Virus record (IMG/VR): IMGVR_UViG_3300025466_000012
Location: 1 to 64,000 of that record
DNA from: a virus
DNA length: 64,000 nucleotides
Strand: one strand, 5' to 3'
In this document: one piece after another, positions 1-10,143 of the stretch
Layout: every line of letters starts with the position of its first letter
Numbering within the stretch: the stretch's first letter is position 1
Notes under the pieces: model-generated
Databases searched by the model: none
What the model was told of the DNA's origin: nothing
The model's input: only the letters and a program-made list of their open reading frames with translations
Position numbers and translations under genes: made by a program

Positions 1-10
1 GCCAACTGGC

Positions 11-865
11 ATGACCACAGCAGAATTCTTGGGTGTAGTGGGCGGAGCCAATGCCGGCATCGCTACCAGCTCGTATCCAGTGGTGCAAATCACAGCCAAC
101 GTGAACGGTCAGCAAGGCAATGCCTATATCATTACACAAAAAGGTCAGACCAAATACCTGGTTTCGGGCGAAGACTCGGTCACAGCCGGTTCATTTACTC
201 CGGGTTTTTCATATCAGATCCAGAGCCTGGGCAATACCAACTGGACCACGATTGGCGCCGGAATCAATCCGCAAGTGGGTCAGGTGTTTACGGCCAACGG
301 CGTGGGTGCTGGTACAGGCACAGCATCAGATGCTGGCCAATGTGTCTTGGTGGCCAACGCCACAATCACCAGCGGACAAATGAACATGATATTCAATGCC
401 AACGGTGGATCGGCTTATGCCAGCCGCCTTACAAACAAATACATCTGGGATGCTTCAAACACTCGCTATGCCGTGAACTTCTTTGTGGCAGGTACCACGA
501 CTCCGCTGTCGTTGGCCAACGTCACAATCACCGGCAATGCCGGCACATTCACTTGCTCCAACACCAATATTGGTTTGGGCGAACTGATCACAGTCAGCGG
601 CGCACTGAGCAACGTGGCCACAGGTACAATTTCTGGTTACAGCAATCCAACCATTTATTATGTGACCAACACCAACGGCACAAACACATTCACCTTGAGC
701 ACCACAGAAGGTGGCGCTAATATTGTGACAGGTACTGGTAACACAACTGGCTTGACATTCAGCACATCAAGTTCAACCACGTTCAAATCGGGAGCAGATC
801 CAGTGACCTGGACCAACGGCACCGGCAACTTGACTCTGGCACAGGTACAGAATTACACATCATAA
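11..865 (+). CDS. Virion structural/tail-associated protein, probably 5'-truncated by the window edge
   Basis: Thr/Gly/Asn-rich ORF; the frame is open back to position 2; lies upstream of fibre genes. Confidence 0.6.
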   Translation: MTTAEFLGVVGGANAGIATSSYPVVQITANVNGQQGNAYIITQKGQTKYLVSGEDSVTAGSFTPGFSYQIQSLGNTNWTTIGAGINPQVGQVFTANGVGAGTGTASDAGQCVLVANATITSGQMNMIFNANGGSAYASRLTNKYIWDASNTRYAVNFFVAGTTTPLSLANVTITGNAGTFTCSNTNIGLGELITVSGALSNVATGTISGYSNPTIYYVTNTNGTNTFTLSTTEGGANIVTGTGNTTGLTFSTSSSTTFKSGADPVTWTNGTGNLTLAQVQNYTS

Positions 866-899
866 AAAACGGGCAAGAGCTTGCAACCGCAGGCTCGCC

Positions 900-907
900 T
901 ATAAATA
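900..907 (+). promoter_or_regulatory. T4-type late promoter TATAAATA
   Basis: Exact T4 late consensus, followed by SD AGGAG and GTG start at 930. Confidence 0.75.
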
Positions 908-929
908 GTAATACTAACAGGAGACTACC

Positions 930-3900
930 GTGGCCGTCACAAGAATAAAAAACAACCAAATCACTGATGCAATATCAGGAAATAGCATTGTTGGTATCAA
1001 TGCCAACACCAAGATACAGGACCACAGTATAACGTCGATCAAATTGTCCAACAACCTAACCTATGGTAGCGATCTTACCATCACAGGTAATCTGAGCGTG
1101 ACTGGTACTACTACAGCAGTCGACACTACATACACCAATATCCAAGATCCGTTGATTGTATTGGCAGACGGACAGACCACAGGAAGTCCAACTGTGGACA
1201 TTGGCTATATCGGTCTACGTGGAAACCAAGCCAACATTGCTCTCATCTGGAATGAGGCCAACAGCACTTTTGCTGCTACCTATACCAACAGCGGTGTAAA
1301 CGACGACACGATTGTTGCTATCAACAGCTATGCCGACTTCAAGGCCAACAATGTAAACACCGTGACTGATGTTAGTGCTGGTGGTAACGTAACAAGTGGC
1401 AATGTAAATGTGACCACTAATGTAAGTGCCGGCGGCAATGTTACAGCTGCTACCAATGTAAGTGCTGGCAGCAACGTACTGGCCAATACCGATGTAAGTG
1501 CTGGTGGTAACGTAACAGGTGGCAATGTAAATGTGACCACTAATGTAAGTGCCGGCGGCAATATATACGGTGCAAATTTTGCAACAACAGGTTCGGGTGG
1601 CAATATCACCGGAGCCAATGTTATTTCTGCAACCACAATAACAACCACTGGCGATGTCAGTGCAGGTGGCAATATCATTGCTGGTGTCAATGTCAGCGTA
1701 GGCGGAAACGTCTCAGTTGCTGGCAACATCACGGCCACTGGTAATGTTGGCACAAATCAGTACCTGTTTGGTGACGGTTATTATATCAGCAACATCAATG
1801 CTGGCAACGTGTCTTCAACAAAAATATTCAATGGTGGCAGTTATGCCAACATAGCCGCCACTGACGGCAACTTGGTAGTGGCTGTTGGCAGTAGTTCAAA
1901 CATAGTGGCCACATTCTACGACACTGGTATCAACACCAACGGCAATCTCAGTGCCAGTGGTAATATACTAGCCGGAACCAATGTAAGTGCTGGTGGTAAC
2001 GTAACGGGTGGCAATGTAACTGCTACTACCAATGTATCAGCAGGTGGCAATGTTTTAGCCAATACAGATGTAAGTGCTGGTGGCAATGTAACAGGTGGCA
2101 ATGTAACTGCTACTACTAATGTAAGTGCTGGCAGCAATGTTCTTGCTAACACTGATGTGTCAGCAGGTGGTAACGTAACAGGTGGCAATGTAACTGCTAC
2201 TACTAATGTAAGTGCTGGCAGCAATGTTTTAGCCAATACAGATGTAAGTGCTGGTGGTAACGTGTTTGGTGGCAATGTAACTGCCACAACCAACGTTTCA
2301 GCTGGCAGCAATGTGCTTGCTAATACCGATGTGTCAGCAGGCGGAAACGTAACTGGCGGCAATGTAACTGCTACAACCAACGTTTCAGCTGGCAGCAATG
2401 TAATTGCAGGTACAGACGTTAGTGCAGGCGGTAACGTATTGGCTTACAACAGTGTTTCTGCTAACGGAAATATAGCAGGTGATAATATAATTGCTGGCAC
2501 TACCATTTCATCAGGTGGCAACATACAGGCTTATGGCACTGTAACAGCTGGTGGTAACATACAGTCCAATCAAAATGTACAGGCTTACCAAGACGTTAGT
2601 GCTGGTGGTAATATAATTGCAAACTTCAACGTAACTGCTACAGGCAACGTAACCGGTGGTAACGTAAATGCCACAACTGATGTGTCAGCAGGAGCCAACG
2701 TGGTTGGTGGCAACATAGTCACTCAAGGTACTATCACAGCCACAGGTACACTACAAGCCGGTAACATAATCACTGGCGGTTATGTGACTGCTACAGGTAA
2801 CGTACAAGCCGGTAATATCAACACAGCAGGTGATGTAAGTGCCACAGCCAATGTAAATTCAGGCAATGTAAACAGCGTCACGATCAGTGCTAGCGGTGCA
2901 GTGTACGGAGCCAACATCAACAGCAACTATCTCTACAGTGCCAACAGCAGTTTGGTTATCAGTGCAGTGGGTACCAATAGCGGTATCAGCATATTCACCA
3001 ACGGTACAGGCAACATTGGTGTAGGTAACGCCTATATCAACAACTTGGCCAATCCGCAACAGGCACAAGATGCGGCCACCAAGTACTATGTTGACAGTGC
3101 AGTACAAGGTCTAGCAGTCAAAACTTCTGTGAGTGTGAGCGAAGTTTCTACATTGGCCAATGTGGCCAATGTGACCAATGTGGCATACTTTAATGGAACA
3201 GCCGGAGTTGGTGCCACATTGACTGTGACCAGTACAGCTCAAATCAGCCTGGACGGTGTTGATCTCAGCACATTGCCGGCCAATGCCAGAGTATTGATCC
3301 AGAATGAAACTGGATCTGGTGCCAACGATACCAATGCTGCCTGGAACGGTATCTATTACATATCAACCAACAGTCCAACCAGCACTGTGTTTACACGCAG
3401 TTTGGACATGGACACACCAAGCCAATTCTACGGTGCATTTACCTTTGTTGAAGATGGTACTGTGTATAAAGCATCAGGTTGGGTATGTACCAACACTGCT
3501 GATGCCACTCCGATCACGATTGGTACTACCGCCGTTACCTGGAGTCAGTTCTCAGGTGCGGGTGCTTACACACAAGGCAACGGTATCGCAATCACAGGTA
3601 CAGTAATCAGTACTAGAATCAACACTGGCAATTTGCAATATGATGGTAGCGGAAACCTACAGGTATCCAGCTATGCCAATTTGACTTATCCAAATATTGG
3701 GTCAGCAACTGGTACCACATTGAGCTTGACCGGTAATTTAGTTGCCAGCGCAATTGGTTCAACCGACAGCATGAGTGCTGCTGGTAACGTTTATGCAGCC
3801 AATATCAGCACCAGCGGCAACGTGTTTGCTGTGGCCAACATAACTGGTGGCAACTTGTTGACTGGCAACATTGTGAGTGCTGGTGGTAATGTTATTGGTA

Positions 3901-5942
3901 GCAACTTGTTGACCACTGGATATGTCAGCGCAACTGGCAACCTGTACAGTGGTAATCTCAGCTTGTCGGGCAATGTGTCCAGCGACATAAAAATGTTGGG
4001 CAACATTACCGCAGGTGGTTACATAACTGCGGTTGGTAACATCAGCGGCGGCAACGTAAACACTAGCATTGTTTCAGCCAGCGGTAACGTGTACTCGGCC
4101 AATGTATTGGCCACAGGCGATATTATTCCTACCGCGGCCAACACATACAATTTGGGTAACGCAACCAATAACTGGCAGAGTTTGTATCTAAGCGGAAGTA
4201 CCATTTACTTGGGCAACATCCAGCTCAAGCAAACCACAACAAATACTTTCAGCGTAACAACCAGCGATGGTACTACACCAGCTAATTTTGCTACCAACAA
4301 CATCAGTGCTGCAGGAAATGTCAGTGCTGGTGGCAATGTATTGGCCAATGTCAATGTAAGTGCTGCTGCCAATGTGTATGGTAACAACATTTCAGCCACA
4401 ACCAACGTGTTGGGCGGCAATGTTTATGCGACCAACAACATCACAGCTGGTGGTAATGTTCTTGCTACCACAGACATAAGTGCCGGTGGTAATGTTCTTG
4501 CTACCACAGACATAAGTGCCGGTGGCAATCTAATTGGTGCAAATGTCAATGTCAACTATGTCAATGCCAACAACAATATCAGCGCAGGTGGCAACATTAC
4601 AGGTGCCAATTTTACAACAACTGGTTCACAAGGCAACATCACAGGTGCCAATGTAATCAGCGGTGTAACTTTGACAGCCAGTGGCAATATCTACGCAAAC
4701 GGCAGTATCACTGCTGTTGGTAACATTGGATCTGGTCAATACTTGTTTGGTGACGGTTATTATATCAGCAATATCAATGCTGGCAACGTGGCCACAACCA
4801 AGATCTTTAATGGCAACAGCTACGCTAACGTGGCTGCAACCAACGGTAATGTCACAATTGGTGTAAACAGTAATTTGGTTGCTACATTTTACAATACCGG
4901 AGTCAGTGTAGCTGGTAACATACAAACCAATGCGTTTGTGCTTGGTGCCAACTTGAGTCTGAGTGGTAATGTTGACGGTGCACTCAATGTGGGTGGCAAT
5001 GTGACTGGTGTTAACTTGATAGCAGTTACTGATGTCACAGCAGGTGGTAATGTAAATGCCAGTGCAGTTGGTGTACAAACCACTGTCAGTGCAGGTGGCA
5101 ACATTTATGGTGCCAATCTAGCAATTACTGGATATGGAACAGTGTCAACGGGTGGTAATATAATCGCTGATATCAACATCAGTGCTGGCGCCAATGTTAT
5201 CGCAGGCAATGTGCGCACAGGTGGATTGATTAGTTCGGTTGGTAATATCACAGCTGGCACTTTGCTTTATGTAGATACCACAGACGGCACAGTGTTGATT
5301 GGTAACAACACACCAGTATCCAGTTCGATCTTGACCTTGAACAGCACTACCAGCTTTGTGGTACCAACTGGTAACACTGTACAACGTCCAGCAACAGGTT
5401 ATACAGGTATGGTGCGTTTCAATACCAGCCAGAACAATCTGGAAGTGTACGACAATGCACAATGGAGTCCGGTGGGTTCAACCACGTTTACTGTAATCTC
5501 AGATCAACAGTTTGCTGGTGATGGCGCAACAGTGAACTTTACACTGGGCAGCACACAAACTACCAACAGTTGCTTGGTCAGTATCAACGGTGTGGTACAA
5601 ATTCCAACCCTGGCTTATGCTGTGTCTGGAACCTACCCAACCTGTGTGCTCACATTCACAGAAGCTCCAGAAAGCGGTGACGTGATTGACGTAAGAGAAA
5701 TCACAACCACGGTGACCTTGTATGAATTGGCCAGTACCAGTGGCAATGCCAGTGTAAGCGTAAGCAACACCAGCGCCGAAGTGGACATCAAGGGTAATTT
5801 GGTAACTACTCTGAGTGCAAGTGCTCCGGCTCTGACTACCAACGCAACCATGAGCTTCCAGTTGGTCAACAACACCACTCTAGCATTTGTGGTGCGTGGC
5901 ACAGACGGCGTGACAAGAACTGCTACTGTGACGCTGGCTTAA
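930..5942 (+). CDS. Long tail fibre/adhesin-like protein (1670 aa)
   Basis: GTG start with AGGAG SD; many (V/I)SAGGN(V/I) repeats; QDAATKxYVD-type fibre motif; C-terminal GMVRFNT...LEVY motif common in phage fibres. Confidence 0.8.
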   Translation: MAVTRIKNNQITDAISGNSIVGINANTKIQDHSITSIKLSNNLTYGSDLTITGNLSVTGTTTAVDTTYTNIQDPLIVLADGQTTGSPTVDIGYIGLRGNQANIALIWNEANSTFAATYTNSGVNDDTIVAINSYADFKANNVNTVTDVSAGGNVTSGNVNVTTNVSAGGNVTAATNVSAGSNVLANTDVSAGGNVTGGNVNVTTNVSAGGNIYGANFATTGSGGNITGANVISATTITTTGDVSAGGNIIAGVNVSVGGNVSVAGNITATGNVGTNQYLFGDGYYISNINAGNVSSTKIFNGGSYANIAATDGNLVVAVGSSSNIVATFYDTGINTNGNLSASGNILAGTNVSAGGNVTGGNVTATTNVSAGGNVLANTDVSAGGNVTGGNVTATTNVSAGSNVLANTDVSAGGNVTGGNVTATTNVSAGSNVLANTDVSAGGNVFGGNVTATTNVSAGSNVLANTDVSAGGNVTGGNVTATTNVSAGSNVIAGTDVSAGGNVLAYNSVSANGNIAGDNIIAGTTISSGGNIQAYGTVTAGGNIQSNQNVQAYQDVSAGGNIIANFNVTATGNVTGGNVNATTDVSAGANVVGGNIVTQGTITATGTLQAGNIITGGYVTATGNVQAGNINTAGDVSATANVNSGNVNSVTISASGAVYGANINSNYLYSANSSLVISAVGTNSGISIFTNGTGNIGVGNAYINNLANPQQAQDAATKYYVDSAVQGLAVKTSVSVSEVSTLANVANVTNVAYFNGTAGVGATLTVTSTAQISLDGVDLSTLPANARVLIQNETGSGANDTNAAWNGIYYISTNSPTSTVFTRSLDMDTPSQFYGAFTFVEDGTVYKASGWVCTNTADATPITIGTTAVTWSQFSGAGAYTQGNGIAITGTVISTRINTGNLQYDGSGNLQVSSYANLTYPNIGSATGTTLSLTGNLVASAIGSTDSMSAAGNVYAANISTSGNVFAVANITGGNLLTGNIVSAGGNVIGSNLLTTGYVSATGNLYSGNLSLSGNVSSDIKMLGNITAGGYITAVGNISGGNVNTSIVSASGNVYSANVLATGDIIPTAANTYNLGNATNNWQSLYLSGSTIYLGNIQLKQTTTNTFSVTTSDGTTPANFATNNISAAGNVSAGGNVLANVNVSAAANVYGNNISATTNVLGGNVYATNNITAGGNVLATTDISAGGNVLATTDISAGGNLIGANVNVNYVNANNNISAGGNITGANFTTTGSQGNITGANVISGVTLTASGNIYANGSITAVGNIGSGQYLFGDGYYISNINAGNVATTKIFNGNSYANVAATNGNVTIGVNSNLVATFYNTGVSVAGNIQTNAFVLGANLSLSGNVDGALNVGGNVTGVNLIAVTDVTAGGNVNASAVGVQTTVSAGGNIYGANLAITGYGTVSTGGNIIADINISAGANVIAGNVRTGGLISSVGNITAGTLLYVDTTDGTVLIGNNTPVSSSILTLNSTTSFVVPTGNTVQRPATGYTGMVRFNTSQNNLEVYDNAQWSPVGSTTFTVISDQQFAGDGATVNFTLGSTQTTNSCLVSINGVVQIPTLAYAVSGTYPTCVLTFTEAPESGDVIDVREITTTVTLYELASTSGNASVSVSNTSAEVDIKGNLVTTLSASAPALTTNATMSFQLVNNTTLAFVVRGTDGVTRTATVTLA
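1983..2417 (+). repeat. Five tandem 87-bp (29-aa) units VSAGGNVTGGNVTATTNVSAGSNVLANTD
   Basis: Unit starts checked at 1983, 2070 and 2157; five units in the translation. Confidence 0.85.
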
Positions 5943-5959
5943 TAGCTGCAACGCTCTAG

Positions 5960-5991
5960 AAAAAATAGGACTCCTGGAGTTCTATTTTTTT
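5960..5991. terminator. Probable bidirectional intrinsic terminator
   Basis: AAAAAATAGGACTC-CTG-GAGTTCTATTTTTTT inverted repeat with A and T tails, just after the stop at 5942. Confidence 0.7.
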
Positions 5992-6023
5992 GACTAAATA
6001 CTGTCAATAAAAGGTAAAACAAT

Positions 6024-8492
6024 ATGGCCCTGACCAAACCACGTGCGTATCAAATCTATGATATAGATTACAAACAGGCCACTCGTGTGGTCACTGTGAC
6101 CAACATAACATCGTTGACCACTGCGGCCCCTAACAATGTTGATGGCGTCATGCTGTCAGTCAACGACAGAGTCTTGGTTACCGGACAGACTGATCAAAGC
6201 CAAAACGGTATCTATGTGATAGTCACTACCGGTTCTGGGTCAAATGGCGTCTGGGCCCGCAGCAACGATACCAATGCCACTGGCGAATTGCTGGCCGGTA
6301 CCATAGTCATGGTTACCGAAGGTGTGATCTACGCCGACACACAATGGAAACTGATCACTGACAATCCAATCACGATTGGAACCACGTCTCTGGTATTCAC
6401 ACAGAACTACTATGCCAATGTGCTACATGCCGGTACCAGCAATGTCACGGTATACAGCAATGCCAATGTGGCCATAACAGCCGCAGGAATAGCCAATGTG
6501 GCCACCGTGGCCACAGATGGTGTGTACGTGATTGGCAATGTGAGTGCCAGTGGCAATATCGCCGGCAACTACATTTTAGGTAACGGTTACGATCTTACTG
6601 GCCTGGCCAATGTGACGTTTGCCAATGCACCTCCTACATCAAACTTGGTCATTGGTGACACCTGGATTGACAGCACAAGTGGTTTGCAATACATTTGGTT
6701 CAACGACGTCACTGGCAATGTATGGGCCGAAATGGAAGCCCAAACTGCCTATTCGTCAACTGGCTATGCCAATCTTACTACCAATACCTTAAACACACAG
6801 ATTCTCTACAACAGTGCCAATGCTATCATTGGTAGCAATGCTTTGACCTTTGACGGCACCACTGTCAGCGTGACCGGTATCACAGTCAATGCCAATCTCA
6901 GTATCACCGGCAATACCATACAGAGTACAGCATCCAACGCCAATCTTACCATCACCACCACAGGATCTGCGGCCTATGTGAACATGACCGGCCAATTTGG
7001 AGTCTATAGCTCGGGCGGCAATAGACTGTTACAGACTGTGAGTGACACTGTTAATTTTTACACCCCTATACTGAATTCTTTGGACAGTGCTATCGATATC
7101 ATTGGCACGCCCGATGGCAACATTATTCCAGTCAACAACACCGGTGTCATGTTGCACATTACCGGTCAACCCACATTGCCGTCCAGGATCTACAACGATG
7201 CTGCCAACAGCTATGCGGCCTTTATTGGTCGTGCCATCAACGGCAATGTGAACGCACCCACACAGATCACGGCCGGTCAGACCGTGGCTCGATTTGCAGC
7301 ACAGCCCTATGCCAACGGTGCTTATCCGTCGATCAGTACCACACGCATAGACATGGTGGCCACCGAGACACAGACCACAGCCAATGCAGGAAGCCAGATT
7401 ACATTTTGGACCACGCCACAAGGATCTAATGTCGTAACACAAGTAATGAGTCTTACTCAGGCCAATCTCAGCGTCACTGGTAATATCATAACATTGAGTA
7501 ATGTGGTTACCAACAATATTGTTGCTTTATCTGGGGGTAACATATATCACGCGGGTAATTTATTGCCGACGGCTAATACATACAGTCTGGGCTTGCCAAC
7601 TGTGCCTTGGGCAAATGCCTACTTTGGACCCAGCTCCATTACTATTCTTTCAGGCGACAGCAACGTTGCTAACGCTGTAATTATCGAGAATTTAAGCGGC
7701 AATACTATAATTAACACTGGCGGGTTTATTATCAATGGCAATGGCGTTCCCGTATTCCGAGTTGAGGCCTTAACCGGACAAGTGTATTCCAACGCAAAAA
7801 CCATTATTCAAAACACAACTGACTCTGCTAATACCACTTCGGGATCATTACAAACAGCCGGTGGTGCTGGCATAGCCAAAAATCTTTATGTTGGTGGCAA
7901 TACCAATATTGCTGGCAACTTATCTGTTAGTGGAACAACAACCTATGCTTCAATTATTGGAAATGTTGTATCCGCATCGGGCAACGTTTATATTGCTGGA
8001 AATTTAAGTGTTGGCGGAACTGTTAATTTTGTTCCGGCTACTTACGGTACATTTGCCAACACATCTAGTATTACCGCTGCAACCAACAACACTCCTGCTG
8101 TTATTTTATGGAATACTGCCATAGCTAATTCAGGAGTAACTTACAGCGCAGGAAATAGTCGCATTATTGTAACTAAAACAGGGACTTACAATTTTACATA
8201 TACAGCAATGTTTAATGGCAATGGTGGATCGCCCACAGGATATGTTTGGTTAAGACTTAACGGTACTGATGTAGCTAACAGTATGGCCACTGGATCAACA
8301 ACAGGTACGGTACAAGTAGTTATAAGCGGTGGAGCACCTATCAGTATTACTGCTAATCAATACGTGGAGGTAGTGTGGGCCGTAGATAATAAAACCAATG
8401 GAAATTTAGTATCGTTTGCTGCCAATAGTGGAGGATTTACTCATCCAGCAAGTCCATCTGTAACTTTAACAGTAATGCCCACAGGAGTATAA
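6024..8492 (+). CDS. Tail fibre protein with C-terminal C1q/BclA-like jelly-roll domain
   Basis: CTAAATA at 5994; N-terminal DRVLV...Q..QNGIY fibre module; C-terminal TGTYNFTY...VWLRLNG...QYVEV pattern. Confidence 0.7.
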   Translation: MALTKPRAYQIYDIDYKQATRVVTVTNITSLTTAAPNNVDGVMLSVNDRVLVTGQTDQSQNGIYVIVTTGSGSNGVWARSNDTNATGELLAGTIVMVTEGVIYADTQWKLITDNPITIGTTSLVFTQNYYANVLHAGTSNVTVYSNANVAITAAGIANVATVATDGVYVIGNVSASGNIAGNYILGNGYDLTGLANVTFANAPPTSNLVIGDTWIDSTSGLQYIWFNDVTGNVWAEMEAQTAYSSTGYANLTTNTLNTQILYNSANAIIGSNALTFDGTTVSVTGITVNANLSITGNTIQSTASNANLTITTTGSAAYVNMTGQFGVYSSGGNRLLQTVSDTVNFYTPILNSLDSAIDIIGTPDGNIIPVNNTGVMLHITGQPTLPSRIYNDAANSYAAFIGRAINGNVNAPTQITAGQTVARFAAQPYANGAYPSISTTRIDMVATETQTTANAGSQITFWTTPQGSNVVTQVMSLTQANLSVTGNIITLSNVVTNNIVALSGGNIYHAGNLLPTANTYSLGLPTVPWANAYFGPSSITILSGDSNVANAVIIENLSGNTIINTGGFIINGNGVPVFRVEALTGQVYSNAKTIIQNTTDSANTTSGSLQTAGGAGIAKNLYVGGNTNIAGNLSVSGTTTYASIIGNVVSASGNVYIAGNLSVGGTVNFVPATYGTFANTSSITAATNNTPAVILWNTAIANSGVTYSAGNSRIIVTKTGTYNFTYTAMFNGNGGSPTGYVWLRLNGTDVANSMATGSTTGTVQVVISGGAPISITANQYVEVVWAVDNKTNGNLVSFAANSGGFTHPASPSVTLTVMPTGV

Positions 8493-8500
8493 AATAAATC

Positions 8501-9253
8501 ATGGCCATCTTATCATTTCCAACTTCGCCAACCCTAAATCAAACCTATACTTTTGGTACCAAGACCTGGATCTGGACCGGGTTGGCGTGGAAGCTACAGA
8601 CGCAGGGTGCTATCAACAACGTTCCAATTGGCAACGCTATTGCCAGTACCGGTGCATTTACCACTGTAACAGCGGCCAGTTTCACCGGCGGTGTGGTGTC
8701 AATTACCGGCAACGTAACCGGCAGCAATGTACAAGGTGGCGGAGTCATATTGACCGGCAACACCATTGGTGGTCCCGACCAACTGACCATAACCACCGCC
8801 AACACGGTGATTTCAGGCAATCTGTATGTGCAGGGCAACACTACGTTTGTCAGTGCCAACAATGTGACCACCAACAGCCTGCTGTTGCAGTTGGCCAACA
8901 ACGTGACCTTGCCGACCCTGGCCAACGGTGCTGGCATCACGGTTGGAGCCACTGGCAACACCATTACCAGCATGCTGTACAACAGCGTCAGCAACACTTG
9001 GAATTTTGCTACCGGACTCAGTGTCAACGGCAATGTGATATCCAGCAATTTTGCCACAGCTGGTCGTGTGTCGGCCACCGGCAATGTGACCGGTAACAAT
9101 GTGGTTGCTGTGGCAGGATTTTTGGGCAACAACATCAGTGTGTCTGGCAACGTGACCCTGGGCAACCGACTGGATTGGACCAGCAATGGCAACAGCGCAG
9201 TCTATCAGGTCTACAATGCCAGCACTGGTAGTCTCGACACTATTTTTGGATAA
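8501..9253 (+). CDS. Short tail-fibre-associated protein
   Basis: MAILSFPTSPTLNQTYT...WIWTG N-terminus; GNVT repeats; ends SLDTIFG. Confidence 0.7.
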   Translation: MAILSFPTSPTLNQTYTFGTKTWIWTGLAWKLQTQGAINNVPIGNAIASTGAFTTVTAASFTGGVVSITGNVTGSNVQGGGVILTGNTIGGPDQLTITTANTVISGNLYVQGNTTFVSANNVTTNSLLLQLANNVTLPTLANGAGITVGATGNTITSMLYNSVSNTWNFATGLSVNGNVISSNFATAGRVSATGNVTGNNVVAVAGFLGNNISVSGNVTLGNRLDWTSNGNSAVYQVYNASTGSLDTIFG

Positions 9254-9256
9254 TGC

Positions 9257-10126
9257 ATGTCTACACTAGCAACACGGCTGACCGCAGATGGCGTATTCCT
9301 TACCAATGCCTACTTTGACGAAATCACCCAATCCTGGGTCAGCATAAGTCCTGGCGCGGTGTATGCAGGTCTGTTTGATGAAGTTTTTCTGTCGGCTGGC
9401 AGCCTGTTGTTTTCGGGATCCACCGATTATCTTTACGGTACTAACAGTGTTTTTAATATTGGCACACCTGGCACAGCCTGGACATTTGAAACCTGGATAT
9501 ATCCTACCACAGCCGGTGCGGTATTCAGCATCGGAGATGGCACACAGTACGGACAGAGTTTTGCTCTAGACTGGGGTGTCACAGCCACCGACAAATTTAC
9601 CTTTAGACAAGGCGATGGCTCTGCTTATCCAGTCTCAATCACCAGTTCTGGTACCTACACCAGTGGATCCTGGTACCATGTGGCTGTGACCTGTACCGTT
9701 ACTGGACTACGGGCCATTTACATAAACGGGATTGACAGTGCCAGCTATATGACATCAAACGCCATGAGTTTGGCCGACCAATGGGTAGTCAACGGATTTT
9801 ACGACAATGCTGGCCTGGGCAACAGTGGGTCGGTTGCACACATCAGCAATCTACGTTTGATGGTTGGCGTTGCATTGTACACAGCCAATTTTACACCGCC
9901 CTATGCACCCTTGGTAGCTGTGTCTGACACACAACTGTTGCTGTGCATGCCCAACAACGGTGGTGCGTTTACAGACAGCAGTGCCAACGGATTCAAAATT
10001 CAGACCCATGGAACCCCGCAACAGACTGTTTCGAAACCCTTTGTACTAAATACTGCGAAGAGAGAATTGAGCTCGGGGACTTTACAGGTTTCTGGCTATT
10101 TTGACGAACAGTCAGGAATAACTTAA
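9257..10126 (+). CDS. LamG/concanavalin A-like lectin domain virion protein
   Basis: WTFETWIYP, WYHVAVT, IYING and ISNLRL...YTANFTPP motifs. Confidence 0.8.
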   Translation: MSTLATRLTADGVFLTNAYFDEITQSWVSISPGAVYAGLFDEVFLSAGSLLFSGSTDYLYGTNSVFNIGTPGTAWTFETWIYPTTAGAVFSIGDGTQYGQSFALDWGVTATDKFTFRQGDGSAYPVSITSSGTYTSGSWYHVAVTCTVTGLRAIYINGIDSASYMTSNAMSLADQWVVNGFYDNAGLGNSGSVAHISNLRLMVGVALYTANFTPPYAPLVAVSDTQLLLCMPNNGGAFTDSSANGFKIQTHGTPQQTVSKPFVLNTAKRELSSGTLQVSGYFDEQSGIT

Positions 10127-10143
10127 AAAAAGAAAGAAATAAA

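Noticed and set aside
871-900. Imperfect hairpin before the first late promoter
   Set aside because: No + strand U-tract and function unclear; not called as a terminator
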